The notes beneath the pieces were generated by a model. That model searched no databases. It worked only from the letters and a program-made list of their open reading frames with translations, and was not told the DNA's origin. From assembly GCA_049322255.1 (NCBI GenBank), contig JBMORE010000144.1, forward strand, positions 56,100 to 76,099: a DNA stretch of 20,000 nt. Reading direction: 5' to 3'. Shown here piece after piece: positions 9,082 through 17,298 of this stretch. The stretch comes from Myxococcota bacterium. Its GTDB lineage: Bacteria; Myxococcota; Myxococcia; Myxococcales; Myxococcaceae. The stretch's first letter is position 1. Each line of letters begins with the position of its first letter. The position numbers and the translations under genes are program-made.

Positions 9082-10131
9082 CTAGCTGACCACCCAGGTG
9101 TCGCCGGCGTGGAGCAGCTTCTCTAGATCTCCCTCGCCACGCTTTTCCTTCACGCTGGCGATCTGATCGACCTCGAGCTGGTGGTGTACCGGCCGCTCCA
9201 CCGCGCGGAACACCCCGATGGGCGCGGGGCTGCGAGGCGGCTCGAGCTCGGCGAGCATGAACGCCAGCGAGGCGGGGGCCTTTTCGTCGTGCACGAGCAG
9301 GTCCTTCTCGCTCACCCCGTTCTCGCCCAGCTTCACCACCTCGGGACGGAAGCCGTCGAGCCGCACCCCTTGGGTGCCCTTGGAGAACAACAGCGGCTTG
9401 CCGTGCTCGAGGCGCAGCTGCATGTCGTCCTTGGCCGCCTTCTCGGTGATGTTGGCGAAGGCGCCATCGTTGAACACGTTGCAGTTCTGGAAAATCTCCA
9501 CGAAGGCGCTGCCCTTGTGCGCGGCGGCGCGGTGGAGCACCTGCTGCATGTGCAAAGGCTCCACGTCGATGGTCCGGGCGACGAAGGTGGCGCCGGCGCC
9601 CAGCGCCACGTGCACCGGGTTGAAGGGGGCGTCGATCGAGCCATAGGGCGTCGACTTGGCCTTCTTGCCCAGCTCCGACGTCGGCGAGTACTGCCCCTTG
9701 GTGAGGCCGTAGATGCGGTTGTTGAAGAGGAGAATCTTCAAGTCCACGTTGCGCCGCAGCATGTGAATGAAGTGGTTGCCGCCGATCGACAACGCGTCGC
9801 CGTCGCCGGTCACCACCCAGACTTGAAGGTCGGGGCGAGTCAGCTTGAGCCCGGTGGCGATCGCCGGCGCCCGCCCGTGGATGGTGTGGAACCCGTAGGT
9901 GTTCATGTAGTACGGGAACCGGCTCGAGCAGCCGATGCCCGAGATGAACACCACGTTCTCTTTGGGCACGTTCAGCTCGGGCATGATCTTCTGCACCTGC
10001 GCGAGAATGGAGTAGTCGCCGCAGCCGGGGCACCAGCGCACTTCCTGATCGCTCTGGAAGTCCTTGCGGGTGAGCTTGGCGGCGCCCTCGGGCGCGGGCT
10101 TCTGCTGCTTCGACAACGCTTCGGCGGACAT
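9082..10131 (-). CDS. korB: 2-oxoacid:ferredoxin oxidoreductase beta subunit
   Basis: Start ATG at 10131 (MSAEALSK) overlaps the alpha stop (TAATG). Motifs WCPGCGD, SGIGCSS, HGRA, GDGD..SIGGNH, NNRIYGLTKGQYSPT, QNCNVFN. Confidence 0.95.
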   Translation of the reverse strand: MSAEALSKQQKPAPEGAAKLTRKDFQSDQEVRWCPGCGDYSILAQVQKIMPELNVPKENVVFISGIGCSSRFPYYMNTYGFHTIHGRAPAIATGLKLTRPDLQVWVVTGDGDALSIGGNHFIHMLRRNVDLKILLFNNRIYGLTKGQYSPTSELGKKAKSTPYGSIDAPFNPVHVALGAGATFVARTIDVEPLHMQQVLHRAAAHKGSAFVEIFQNCNVFNDGAFANITEKAAKDDMQLRLEHGKPLLFSKGTQGVRLDGFRPEVVKLGENGVSEKDLLVHDEKAPASLAFMLAELEPPRSPAPIGVFRAVERPVHHQLEVDQIASVKEKRGEGDLEKLLHAGDTWVVS

Positions 10132-11990
10132 TAGAAGCACTCCTGGATGCGGGCCTCGAGCTCGGAAACCTTGAACGGCTTGCCCTGGATTTTGTTGAGG
10201 GCCACCGCGTCGACCAAATAGGTGGCGCGGATCATCTTGTGCAGCTGCCCCAGGTTCATCTCGGGGATGACCACCTTCTTGAAGCGCTGCAGCACCTTGC
10301 CCAGGTCGTTGTGCAGGGGGAAGAGGTTGCGCAGGTGCAGGTGGGACACCTTCTTTCCCTTGGCGCGCAGGCGCTCCACCGCTTGGAAGATGGCGCCGTA
10401 GGTCGAGCCCCAGCCGAGCACCAAGAGGTCTCCCGACGGGTCGCCGTTGATTTTCAGCGGCGCGTAGTCTTGCGCGATGCGCGCCACCTTCTCGGCGCGG
10501 GTGCGCACCATCTTCTCGTGGTTCAAGGGGTCGTAAGAGACGTTGCCGGTGAGCGAGTCCTTCTCGATGCCTCCGATGCGGTGCTCCAGGCCCGGCGTGC
10601 CCGGCTTCACCCAAGCGCGAGCGAGGGTTTTCTCGTCGCGCGCGTACACCTGGTAGCCGGCTGGGTCGGTGCGGAAGCGCACTTCGATTTTCGGCAGCTT
10701 CTTCGCGTCGGGGATGAGCCAGGGCTCTTGCCCGTTGGCGATGTAGCCGTCGGAGAGCAAGAAGACCGGGGTCATGTAGCGCACCGCGATGCGGCTGGCC
10801 TCGATGGCCGCCTCGAAGCAATCAGAAGGGCTGGAGGCCGCCACCACCGGCACCGGGCACTCACCGTTGCGGCCCCAGACGGCCTGCAACAGATCCGCCT
10901 GCTCGGTCTTGGTGGGTAGCCCCGTGGAAGGCCCGCCCCGCTGAATGTTGATGATCACCACCGGCAGCTCGGTCATCACCGCCAACCCGATCGCCTCTTG
11001 CTTCAGCGCGATGCCCGGGCCAGAGGAGGTGGTGTAGCCCAAGTTTCCACCGAAGGCCGCGCCGATCGCCGAGCACACCGCGGCGATCTCGTCCTCCGCC
11101 TGGAAGGTGGAAAAATCGAAGTTCTTGTGTCGCGACAGCTCGTGGAGGATGTCCGACGCCGGGGTGATGGGGTAGCTGCCCAAAAAGCCCTTGAGCCCGG
11201 AGAGCTTCGCGGCGGCGATCATCCCCATGGCGATCGCCTCGTTGCCGGTGACGTTGCGGTATTTGCCGGGAGCGATGGCCGCCTTCTTCACCTGGTAGGT
11301 GTGGGCGAACATCTCGGTGGTCTCGCCGAAGTGAAAGCCGGCCATCAGCGCCTTCTCGTTCCCCGCGAGGATGTCGGGCTTGCTGGAAAACTTGGCGCGC
11401 AAGAAGCGCAAGGTCGGCTCGGTGGAGCGGCCGTACATGAAGAGCATCATGCCCAGCGCGAACATGTTCTTCGCGCGGGCGACCTCCTTGGCGTTCAGCC
11501 CCGAGCCTTCGAGGGCGAGCGCGGTCAGCTTGGAGATGTCGATGAAGTGGCACTTGTACTTGGAAAGCGACCCGTCGGTGAGCGGGTTAGCGGGGTAGCC
11601 CGCCTTGGTGAGGTTGTTCTCGATGAACGCTCCGGTGTTGAGAATGAGCGTGCCCCCGGCCGCCAGGTCGGGCAGGTTGGTCTTGAGCGCGGCGGGGTTC
11701 ATCGCCACCAGCACGTCCGGTTGATCGCCAGGCGTGTAGACCGGGTCGGAAGAGAACTGGATTTGAAAGCCCGACACCCCCGGGAGCGTGCCCGCGGGGG
11801 CGCGAATCTCCGCCGGGTAGTCGGGGAAGGTCTGCAGGTCGTTGCCCGCGATCGCCGAGGCGCGGGTGAACTCGCTACCGGTCAGCTGCATGCCGTCGCC
11901 CGAATCCCCACAGAAACGGATGGTGACGGTGGAAATCTCTTCGATGGGTTTGGGCGGACCCTTGGGCGAGGCCTGTGGTTGCATTTCCAT
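10131..11990 (-). CDS. korA: 2-oxoacid:ferredoxin oxidoreductase alpha subunit (gamma-alpha fusion)
   Basis: GDSGDG CoA-binding loop, YPAEIR, GNEAIA, YPITPAS, QAEDEIAA, SSGPG, QRGGPSTGLPT, EMNLGQL. ATG 11990 is preferred because GGAGG directly abuts ATG 12002. Confidence 0.95.
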   Translation of the reverse strand: MEMQPQASPKGPPKPIEEISTVTIRFCGDSGDGMQLTGSEFTRASAIAGNDLQTFPDYPAEIRAPAGTLPGVSGFQIQFSSDPVYTPGDQPDVLVAMNPAALKTNLPDLAAGGTLILNTGAFIENNLTKAGYPANPLTDGSLSKYKCHFIDISKLTALALEGSGLNAKEVARAKNMFALGMMLFMYGRSTEPTLRFLRAKFSSKPDILAGNEKALMAGFHFGETTEMFAHTYQVKKAAIAPGKYRNVTGNEAIAMGMIAAAKLSGLKGFLGSYPITPASDILHELSRHKNFDFSTFQAEDEIAAVCSAIGAAFGGNLGYTTSSGPGIALKQEAIGLAVMTELPVVIINIQRGGPSTGLPTKTEQADLLQAVWGRNGECPVPVVAASSPSDCFEAAIEASRIAVRYMTPVFLLSDGYIANGQEPWLIPDAKKLPKIEVRFRTDPAGYQVYARDEKTLARAWVKPGTPGLEHRIGGIEKDSLTGNVSYDPLNHEKMVRTRAEKVARIAQDYAPLKINGDPSGDLLVLGWGSTYGAIFQAVERLRAKGKKVSHLHLRNLFPLHNDLGKVLQRFKKVVIPEMNLGQLHKMIRATYLVDAVALNKIQGKPFKVSELEARIQECF

Positions 11991-12055
11991 GGTGTGGTGC
12001 ATCCTCCTCTAGCGGGCTGAGCGAGCAAGCGCTTTTTGACCCGCGGGGCTCGGTT

Positions 12056-12084
12056 GTCTTAACTCCGCGGCACGGTGTCGACAA
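12056..12084 (-). promoter_or_regulatory. Candidate sigma70-type promoter of the korAB operon
   Basis: Minus strand reads TTGTCG, 17-nt spacer, TAAGAC. The palindrome TGTCGACA (12076-12083) overlaps the -35. Confidence 0.4.
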
Positions 12085-12186
12085 GGGCCGGAAGATTGGC
12101 ACATGCGTGAACCAGTTGCGCTGCGCCCGTTTGCACCATTCCCGGCGGTTGCCCGAGGAAAGCGAAAGGGTGTCGAGGGTTTAGGT

Positions 12187-12203
12187 CTGGTGTTCACCTT
12201 GCA
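12187..12203 (+). promoter_or_regulatory. Sigma54 (-24/-12) promoter candidate
   Basis: CTGGTGTTCACCTTGCA has exact GG-N10-GC spacing with TTGCA. The predicted TSS (~12213) lies just ahead of SD GGAGG (12217-12221) and ATG 12231. Confidence 0.55.
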
Positions 12204-12230
12204 GTGGGAAAGCGGCGGAGGTCCCAGCCC

Positions 12231-13085
12231 ATGTCCCACGCCGCGCTGCCCCTCATTCGTTCCGGTTGCCGCCGGGACTTCATCATCGGCTCCGTCCATG
12301 TGCTCAAGGTGTCGGGCGCGGCGCTGGAGGAACCGGTCCATGCAGTCCCGTCTCCTCCGCCGCTGAGCTTGGCGCAAACCAGGTGCCTCGGCGCCCAGTG
12401 CGTTGCCAGCTCCCTCGCCGGGACCCACGCCCTGGGCGCCCCCCTGTATGACCTCTCCCGGCTTTTGCCCGCGCTGCGAAAGGAGCTGGAGCGCTCTCAT
12501 ACCGGCAACCAGCTGGCGCTCATCGTCTGCGGGGCGCTCGACGCTCTGGAGATGGATGATCGCGCGCAAGTGGCGCTGGGTCTTCTGCACGACCTCAAAG
12601 AGGCGACGCTGGCCCGTATGGGGCGGGCGGGGCTCGTCGCGCTTCTGGAGGCGTGCCTCGCTGCGGAGGCCGAGCAGCGCGAGGAGGGCTTACGGCGCGT
12701 GAAGGCCGAGCTTGCCCGCCGGGGAGCGTTCGCGCGCCTGGAGGCTGGGGTGGTGTTGGTGGCCGAGGGCGTTTCCTCCGAGGCGGTCAAGGAGGCCTCG
12801 AGGCGGTTGGCGAAGATGACCGCCGAACCCAAGCTCCGCGCAGCCCTCGAGGGGATGACGGTGCTGGTCGTTTCCCAGGAAGAGCGGTGGGCGGAGCAAG
12901 CGATTTCGCTCGAGCACCTGTCACGCTGCGGTGCTGCGCTGCCCCTGCCGGTCTCGGTCGAGACGGTGATGGTGCTGCACGAGGAGCGGCTGCTGACGCG
13001 CTCGGAGCTGTCGTGGAGGCGCGCCTGGGGCCTCGTCCGCGGCCTGTTCACCCGCCCGCTCACCCTGGCCCGCGCCCACGCCTAA
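12231..13085 (+). CDS. Hypothetical protein (284 aa, Ala/Leu/Arg-rich, probably cytoplasmic)
   Basis: ATG with GGAGG SD, fills the gap between korA and the convergent monooxygenase, GC3-rich codons. No motif I recognise. Confidence 0.7.
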   Translation: MSHAALPLIRSGCRRDFIIGSVHVLKVSGAALEEPVHAVPSPPPLSLAQTRCLGAQCVASSLAGTHALGAPLYDLSRLLPALRKELERSHTGNQLALIVCGALDALEMDDRAQVALGLLHDLKEATLARMGRAGLVALLEACLAAEAEQREEGLRRVKAELARRGAFARLEAGVVLVAEGVSSEAVKEASRRLAKMTAEPKLRAALEGMTVLVVSQEERWAEQAISLEHLSRCGAALPLPVSVETVMVLHEERLLTRSELSWRRAWGLVRGLFTRPLTLARAHA

Positions 13086-13098
13086 AGCGCTGGAGGGC

Positions 13099-14379
13099 TC
13101 ACCGGGTGAGGTAGAAGTAGTTGAGGCACATCTCGTCATCGGTGCTTTCCCCCCAACGCACTTCCTGATTGGTGAAGTTGTTCCAGGTGCAGGTGAGCTG
13201 CACCCTCGCTCCCAGGGAGAACGAAACGGGCGACGGGTAGAAGTAGAACTGCTGCCAGCCGAAATTCCACTGGGGAATGTCGATGAGGCAGCTGTTGTCC
13301 AGCTCCACTTTTATCTTCGTTCCCTTCTGGTGCATGTGTGGCAACACGCCCCACACCTTGCCGCCGGTGAGCAGCGTCTGTGATGCGGTGGTCGATTGAT
13401 CGGTGGAGTTGGGGGGAATGACGAATTGGTTGTCGAGCAGCGGGAGGATGATGGCCGGCGAGCTCACCGAGCTTTCGTAGCGCAACTTCACGGTGGTGAG
13501 GTCTTCGAGAGGAGGGCCGTTGGCGAGGTTGTAGTGCAACTGCATCACGATGACCCGGCTCGCCTGGAGCTGAATGCCGGTGCCCACGGGGTACTCGGTG
13601 GGCGGCGTCCCCGGCACCCAGCCGCCGAGCATGATGGGCGCGGTGGTGCGGGGGCCGCCAAAGCAGGTCCAGCCTGGCCCGTTCTCGGCGCTGTCCTCCG
13701 CCAATGCGTCGTTGCGGTCGGCGCTGTAGAGAATGATGTGGTGCACCTGGCGCCGCACTCCGGGGGTGATTTCGAACCCGGTGACGTACCGGCTCTGTGT
13801 CAGCTGCGGGTCGACGATGAGGCAGCGGTAGTCGTCGGTGAGCGAGGCGTTGGGGGTGTAGCCGGTAGCGGGTGTCAGCGTGGCGTCGACCCCCGGCAAG
13901 CCCATGCCGCCGTCGGGAGCAGGCGGCGCATCGGAGGGGTTGCCCGCGGGGGCTCCCTGCGTCGACCAAGCGGTGAAGACGTCGATTTCTCCCTGGGTCA
14001 GTCGCCGTGAGTGCACGAAGCTTTGGCAGTTGTCCGCCGGCATCCACGGTGGCATGCGCCGGGCTTGGACGGCGTTGGCCATCAAGGCGTGGTAGGAGAA
14101 GGCGTCGGCGTAGGTCTCCAAAGAGAAGGGAGCGATGCCGCCACTGACGTGGCAGCCGTGGCAGCGCCCCTGAGCAATCGGCAACACATCGCGGTACCAG
14201 GTGACTTCGCCGCCGTCGGTTTGCCCCGCGTCTTCGGCTCCGCCACCACCTCCCCCTCCTCCTCCTCCCACGCCACCTCCTCCACCTCCCGTTCCTCCGT
14301 CCACCGGGGTGGAGGTTCCTTTGGGGCCGCAGGCGACCAGGGTGACGATGAGCGCGAGCGCGAAGCAGCGTAGGGACAT
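13099..14379 (-). CDS. Lipoprotein with a c-type heme (CxxCH) domain fused to copper type II (PHM/DBH-like) monooxygenase domains
   Basis: Lipobox LVAC, poly-Gly linker, CHGCH (14149-14163) with a downstream MPPW. CuH ligands in VHHIIL and QLHYN, CuM ligands in PHMH and DEMC, and a W(N)FGWQ motif. Confidence 0.88.
   Translation of the reverse strand: MSLRCFALALIVTLVACGPKGTSTPVDGGTGGGGGGVGGGGGGGGGGAEDAGQTDGGEVTWYRDVLPIAQGRCHGCHVSGGIAPFSLETYADAFSYHALMANAVQARRMPPWMPADNCQSFVHSRRLTQGEIDVFTAWSTQGAPAGNPSDAPPAPDGGMGLPGVDATLTPATGYTPNASLTDDYRCLIVDPQLTQSRYVTGFEITPGVRRQVHHIILYSADRNDALAEDSAENGPGWTCFGGPRTTAPIMLGGWVPGTPPTEYPVGTGIQLQASRVIVMQLHYNLANGPPLEDLTTVKLRYESSVSSPAIILPLLDNQFVIPPNSTDQSTTASQTLLTGGKVWGVLPHMHQKGTKIKVELDNSCLIDIPQWNFGWQQFYFYPSPVSFSLGARVQLTCTWNNFTNQEVRWGESTDDEMCLNYFYLTR
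14239..14298 (-). repeat. GGN trinucleotide tract encoding the poly-glycine linker
   Basis: Encodes GGTGGGGGGVGGGGGGGGGG, mostly with GGA/GGT codons. Confidence 0.9.
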
Positions 14380-14469
14380 GGGAGACCTTTCGGAAAGGGT
14401 CGCAGGCTACCCGGCCTGGCGGCAAAGATGCCAACCCGCTCGGGAGCCCGAAGTTGTATGAGGGGCCGC

Positions 14470-16659
14470 ATGAGAGCGCTCTTTCTTGGGTTGATGTGGG
14501 TGCTGGTGGTCGACGCGCGCGCTGCGACCGGTGCACCGCGAACCGACTCCGAGAGCTTTCTTCGCCAGTACGCCGAAACCCGGCGCTTCCTCTCCGGCCG
14601 CCCGGTGGATGCGCGCGCCACCCCCGACGGCAAGGAGGTGCTCTTTCTTCGGGCCAAGGCGCGCGACGTGCGGCAAACCCTGTTCGCCTTCGACGTCGCC
14701 TCCGGGCAGACCCGCGAGCTGCTCACTCCCGAGGCGGTGCTCGCCGGCGCACAGGAGACGCTTTCTTCCGCCGAGAAGGCGCGGCTCGAGCGCATGCGCA
14801 TCAGCGCGCGCGGCTTCACCTCTTACGGACTGTCGGAGGACGGGGAGCGCATCTTGGTTGCCTTGTCGGGGCGGTTGTACGTGGTGGAACGCCGAAGTGG
14901 CCAGGTGCTTGCCCTGAAGACGGGCGAGGGGGCCGCCATCGATCCCCAGTTTTCCCCCGACGGCAAGTCGGTGGCTTATGTGCGCGACAACGACCTGCAC
15001 GTGCTCGACCTGGTGCAGAACTGCGAGCGCCGTGTCACCCGGGGCGGCACCGAGCTTCGCCCCAACGGGTTGGCCGAGTTCGTCGCCCAGGAGGAGATGG
15101 GCCGCTACGCGGGCTTTTGGTGGGCCCCCGATGGTCAACGGCTGGCTTACCAAGCGTCGGACCAGTCGCAGCTGGAGCGCTTCACCATCGCCGACCCGAT
15201 GAATCCGCATGGCGCGCCCGAGGCATTCCCCTACCCACGCCCTGGAAAACAGAACGTTGAGGTGCGGCTGGGCATTCTCGCTGCCTCTGGGGGCAAGACG
15301 ACCTGGGTGGCGTGGGACACGGCGAAGTACCCCTATCTCGCCACCGTGAAGTGGCCGAAGAAGGGCCCGCTCACCGTCTTGGTGCAAAACCGCCCGCAGA
15401 CCGAAGAGGTGCTGCTCGCGGTGGACGAGAAGACCGGCAAGACGCGGCCGCTCCTCGTCGAGCGCGATGAGGCCTGGCTCAACCTGGATCAGGACTTCCC
15501 CCACTGGCTCGAGGACGGCTCGGGGTTCTTCTGGCTCACCGAGAGAAATGGCGGGCCGGAGCTGGAGCTGCGTGGCGCGGAAGGAGCGCTCACGGAAAGC
15601 TGGGTGAAGCCTGAGGCTGGCTTCGCCTCCTTCGCCGGCTACGACGCCAAGAAGGGCATCCTCTATTTCAACGGCGGCGAAACTCCCACCACCAGCCAGG
15701 TGTGGCAAGTGAAGCGAGGCGAGGTGCCGCAGCGGGTGGTGACCGGAGAGGAGCTGGCGAGCGAGACTGCCCACCTCTCTGATGACGGCTCGCTCCTCGT
15801 CATCGAGTCGACCTCGGTGCGCCATCTGCCGCGCCTGGCGGTGTTCAAGCCGGAGGGGACGAGAGTGGGCGAGCTTCCCTCGGTGGCTGAAGAACCGCTG
15901 CTGTCCTTGAACGTGGAATTCAAGCGGGTGGGCGCCCAACAGATGCACGCGGCGGTGTTTCGCCCACGTCAGCGTGCGTCGAAGAAGAAGCTTCCGGTCA
16001 TTCTCCAAGTCTACGGAGGCCCCGGCCACCTCGAGGCGGTGAGCGAGATGCGGCGGAGCCTGCTCCTCCAGTGGTTTGCCGACCAGGGCTTCGTGGTGGT
16101 GAAGCTCGATGGACGGGGCACCCCACGCCGGGGCCGCGCCTGGGAGCGCGCCATCAAGCACGACTTGGCCACCGTGCCGCTCGCCGACCAAGTGGAGGGG
16201 CTCAAAGCGCTCGCGGCCCAAGTGCCGGAGATGGACATGAACCGCGTCGGTGTGTACGGCTGGTCTTTCGGCGGCTACCTCGCCGCGCTGGCCACCCTGC
16301 GCCGCCCCGACGTCTTCAAGGCGGGGGTCGCCGGCGCTCCGGTGGTGGACTGGGCCGACTACGACACCCACTACACCGAGCGCTACCTCGACACCCCGCA
16401 GGCGAACGCGAGCGGCTACCAGAAAAGCTCGCTGCTCACCTACGCCAAGGAGCTGCGGCGGCCGCTCTTGCTCATTCACGGCACCGCCGACGACAACGTC
16501 TACTTCTTCCACACCCTCAAGCTCTCCGATGCGCTTTTCCGCGAGGGGAAGAAGCACCAGGTGCTGCCGCTTTCCAACTTCACCCACATGGTGCCCGACC
16601 CGCTGGTGACCGAACGCCTCTACGGGCACATCGCCCGCTTCTTTCAGGAGTCGTTGTAA
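14470..16659 (+). CDS. Secreted S9B family dipeptidyl peptidase IV-like serine peptidase
   Basis: Signal peptide from ATG 14470, beta-propeller repeats, Glu-Glu motif (AQEEMG), YPRPG, VYGGP, nucleophile GWSFGG, YDTHYTERY, HGTADDNV, catalytic His in FTHM. Confidence 0.93.
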   Translation: MRALFLGLMWVLVVDARAATGAPRTDSESFLRQYAETRRFLSGRPVDARATPDGKEVLFLRAKARDVRQTLFAFDVASGQTRELLTPEAVLAGAQETLSSAEKARLERMRISARGFTSYGLSEDGERILVALSGRLYVVERRSGQVLALKTGEGAAIDPQFSPDGKSVAYVRDNDLHVLDLVQNCERRVTRGGTELRPNGLAEFVAQEEMGRYAGFWWAPDGQRLAYQASDQSQLERFTIADPMNPHGAPEAFPYPRPGKQNVEVRLGILAASGGKTTWVAWDTAKYPYLATVKWPKKGPLTVLVQNRPQTEEVLLAVDEKTGKTRPLLVERDEAWLNLDQDFPHWLEDGSGFFWLTERNGGPELELRGAEGALTESWVKPEAGFASFAGYDAKKGILYFNGGETPTTSQVWQVKRGEVPQRVVTGEELASETAHLSDDGSLLVIESTSVRHLPRLAVFKPEGTRVGELPSVAEEPLLSLNVEFKRVGAQQMHAAVFRPRQRASKKKLPVILQVYGGPGHLEAVSEMRRSLLLQWFADQGFVVVKLDGRGTPRRGRAWERAIKHDLATVPLADQVEGLKALAAQVPEMDMNRVGVYGWSFGGYLAALATLRRPDVFKAGVAGAPVVDWADYDTHYTERYLDTPQANASGYQKSSLLTYAKELRRPLLLIHGTADDNVYFFHTLKLSDALFREGKKHQVLPLSNFTHMVPDPLVTERLYGHIARFFQESL

Positions 16660-16676
16660 GGGCGGTCGACGCTGGA

Positions 16677-16714
16677 ACTGGTCATTGGGGCTGACTGGTC
16701 ATAACCTATGACCA
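16677..16714 (+). promoter_or_regulatory. Toxin-antitoxin promoter/operator
   Basis: Perfect inverted repeat TGGTCATA-ACC-TATGACCA (16696-16714), direct repeat ACTGGTCAT (16677 and 16694), and TGGTCA-N17-TAACCT-N6-ATG. Confidence 0.75.
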
Positions 16715-16938
16715 TGAAAATCTTGCCTGCGGCCAAATTCAAAGAACAGTGCCTCGCCTTATTGGACGATGTCGATCCCGAGGGGATTCTCGTGACCAAG
16801 AGAGGTAAGCCGGTTGCCAAGCTGATACCCGTCGAACGAGGAGGCAAGGCGCTGCTCGGAAGTCTCAAGGGCAAGATCCAGGTGAAGGGCGACATTTTTT
16901 CCACCGGAATCCAGTGGAAGGCCGATGCTGAACCTTGA
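16714..16938 (+). CDS. Phd/YefM family antitoxin
   Basis: MKILPAAKFKEQCLALLDDV...ILVTKRGKPVAKLIP matches the Phd-type DNA-binding pattern; overlaps the toxin by 14 nt. Alternative start at 16708. Confidence 0.92.
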   Translation: MKILPAAKFKEQCLALLDDVDPEGILVTKRGKPVAKLIPVERGGKALLGSLKGKIQVKGDIFSTGIQWKADAEP

Positions 16939-17293
16939 CACCCACATGCTCGTCCGCGGCCTGGAGGATGATGTCACGCCGAAGGAACGCCGCCTGCTGA
17001 TGGACGAGCCGTGGGGAATCTCCGCCATTGTTTTGTGGGAGCTGGTCAAGCTGGTCCAACTGAAGCGCATCGCCATGGACCTGGGCTCCCCTGAGCTCGC
17101 GCGAGCCTTGGCCTCCATCCACGTATGGCCGATCGATATCGACATCGCCCGTGCCTCGACAGCGCTGGATTTTCGAAGCGATCCGGCCGACGAGCTCATT
17201 GCAGCCACCAGCGTCGTGCACTCCGTCCCTCTCCTGACCCGCGATCGGAGGATTCGCCGCTCCAAGATGGTACCGCTGGCCCCAGTTCGTTGA
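16925..17293 (+). CDS. vapC: VapC family PIN-domain ribonuclease toxin
   Basis: LDTH, SAIVLWE, DPAD and LLTRD supply the acidic PIN residues; 122 aa; directly downstream of the antitoxin. Confidence 0.92.
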   Translation: MLNLDTHMLVRGLEDDVTPKERRLLMDEPWGISAIVLWELVKLVQLKRIAMDLGSPELARALASIHVWPIDIDIARASTALDFRSDPADELIAATSVVHSVPLLTRDRRIRRSKMVPLAPVR

Positions 17294-17298
17294 GCGTT

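Noticed and set aside
10132..10821. N-terminal extension of the 579-aa ORF, suggesting a fusion or frameshift
   Set aside because: It overlaps korA out of frame; korB starts at ATG 10131 with TAATG coupling.
12096..12112. TTGGCAC as a sigma54 -24 box
   Set aside because: No GC at the -12 position (reads AA).
14383..14401. GACCTTTCGGAAAGGGTC hairpin as a terminator
   Set aside because: It lies between divergent starts, is imperfect and has no U-tract.
14407..16629. 740-aa minus-strand ORF
   Set aside because: Codon-register mirror of the S9 peptidase gene.
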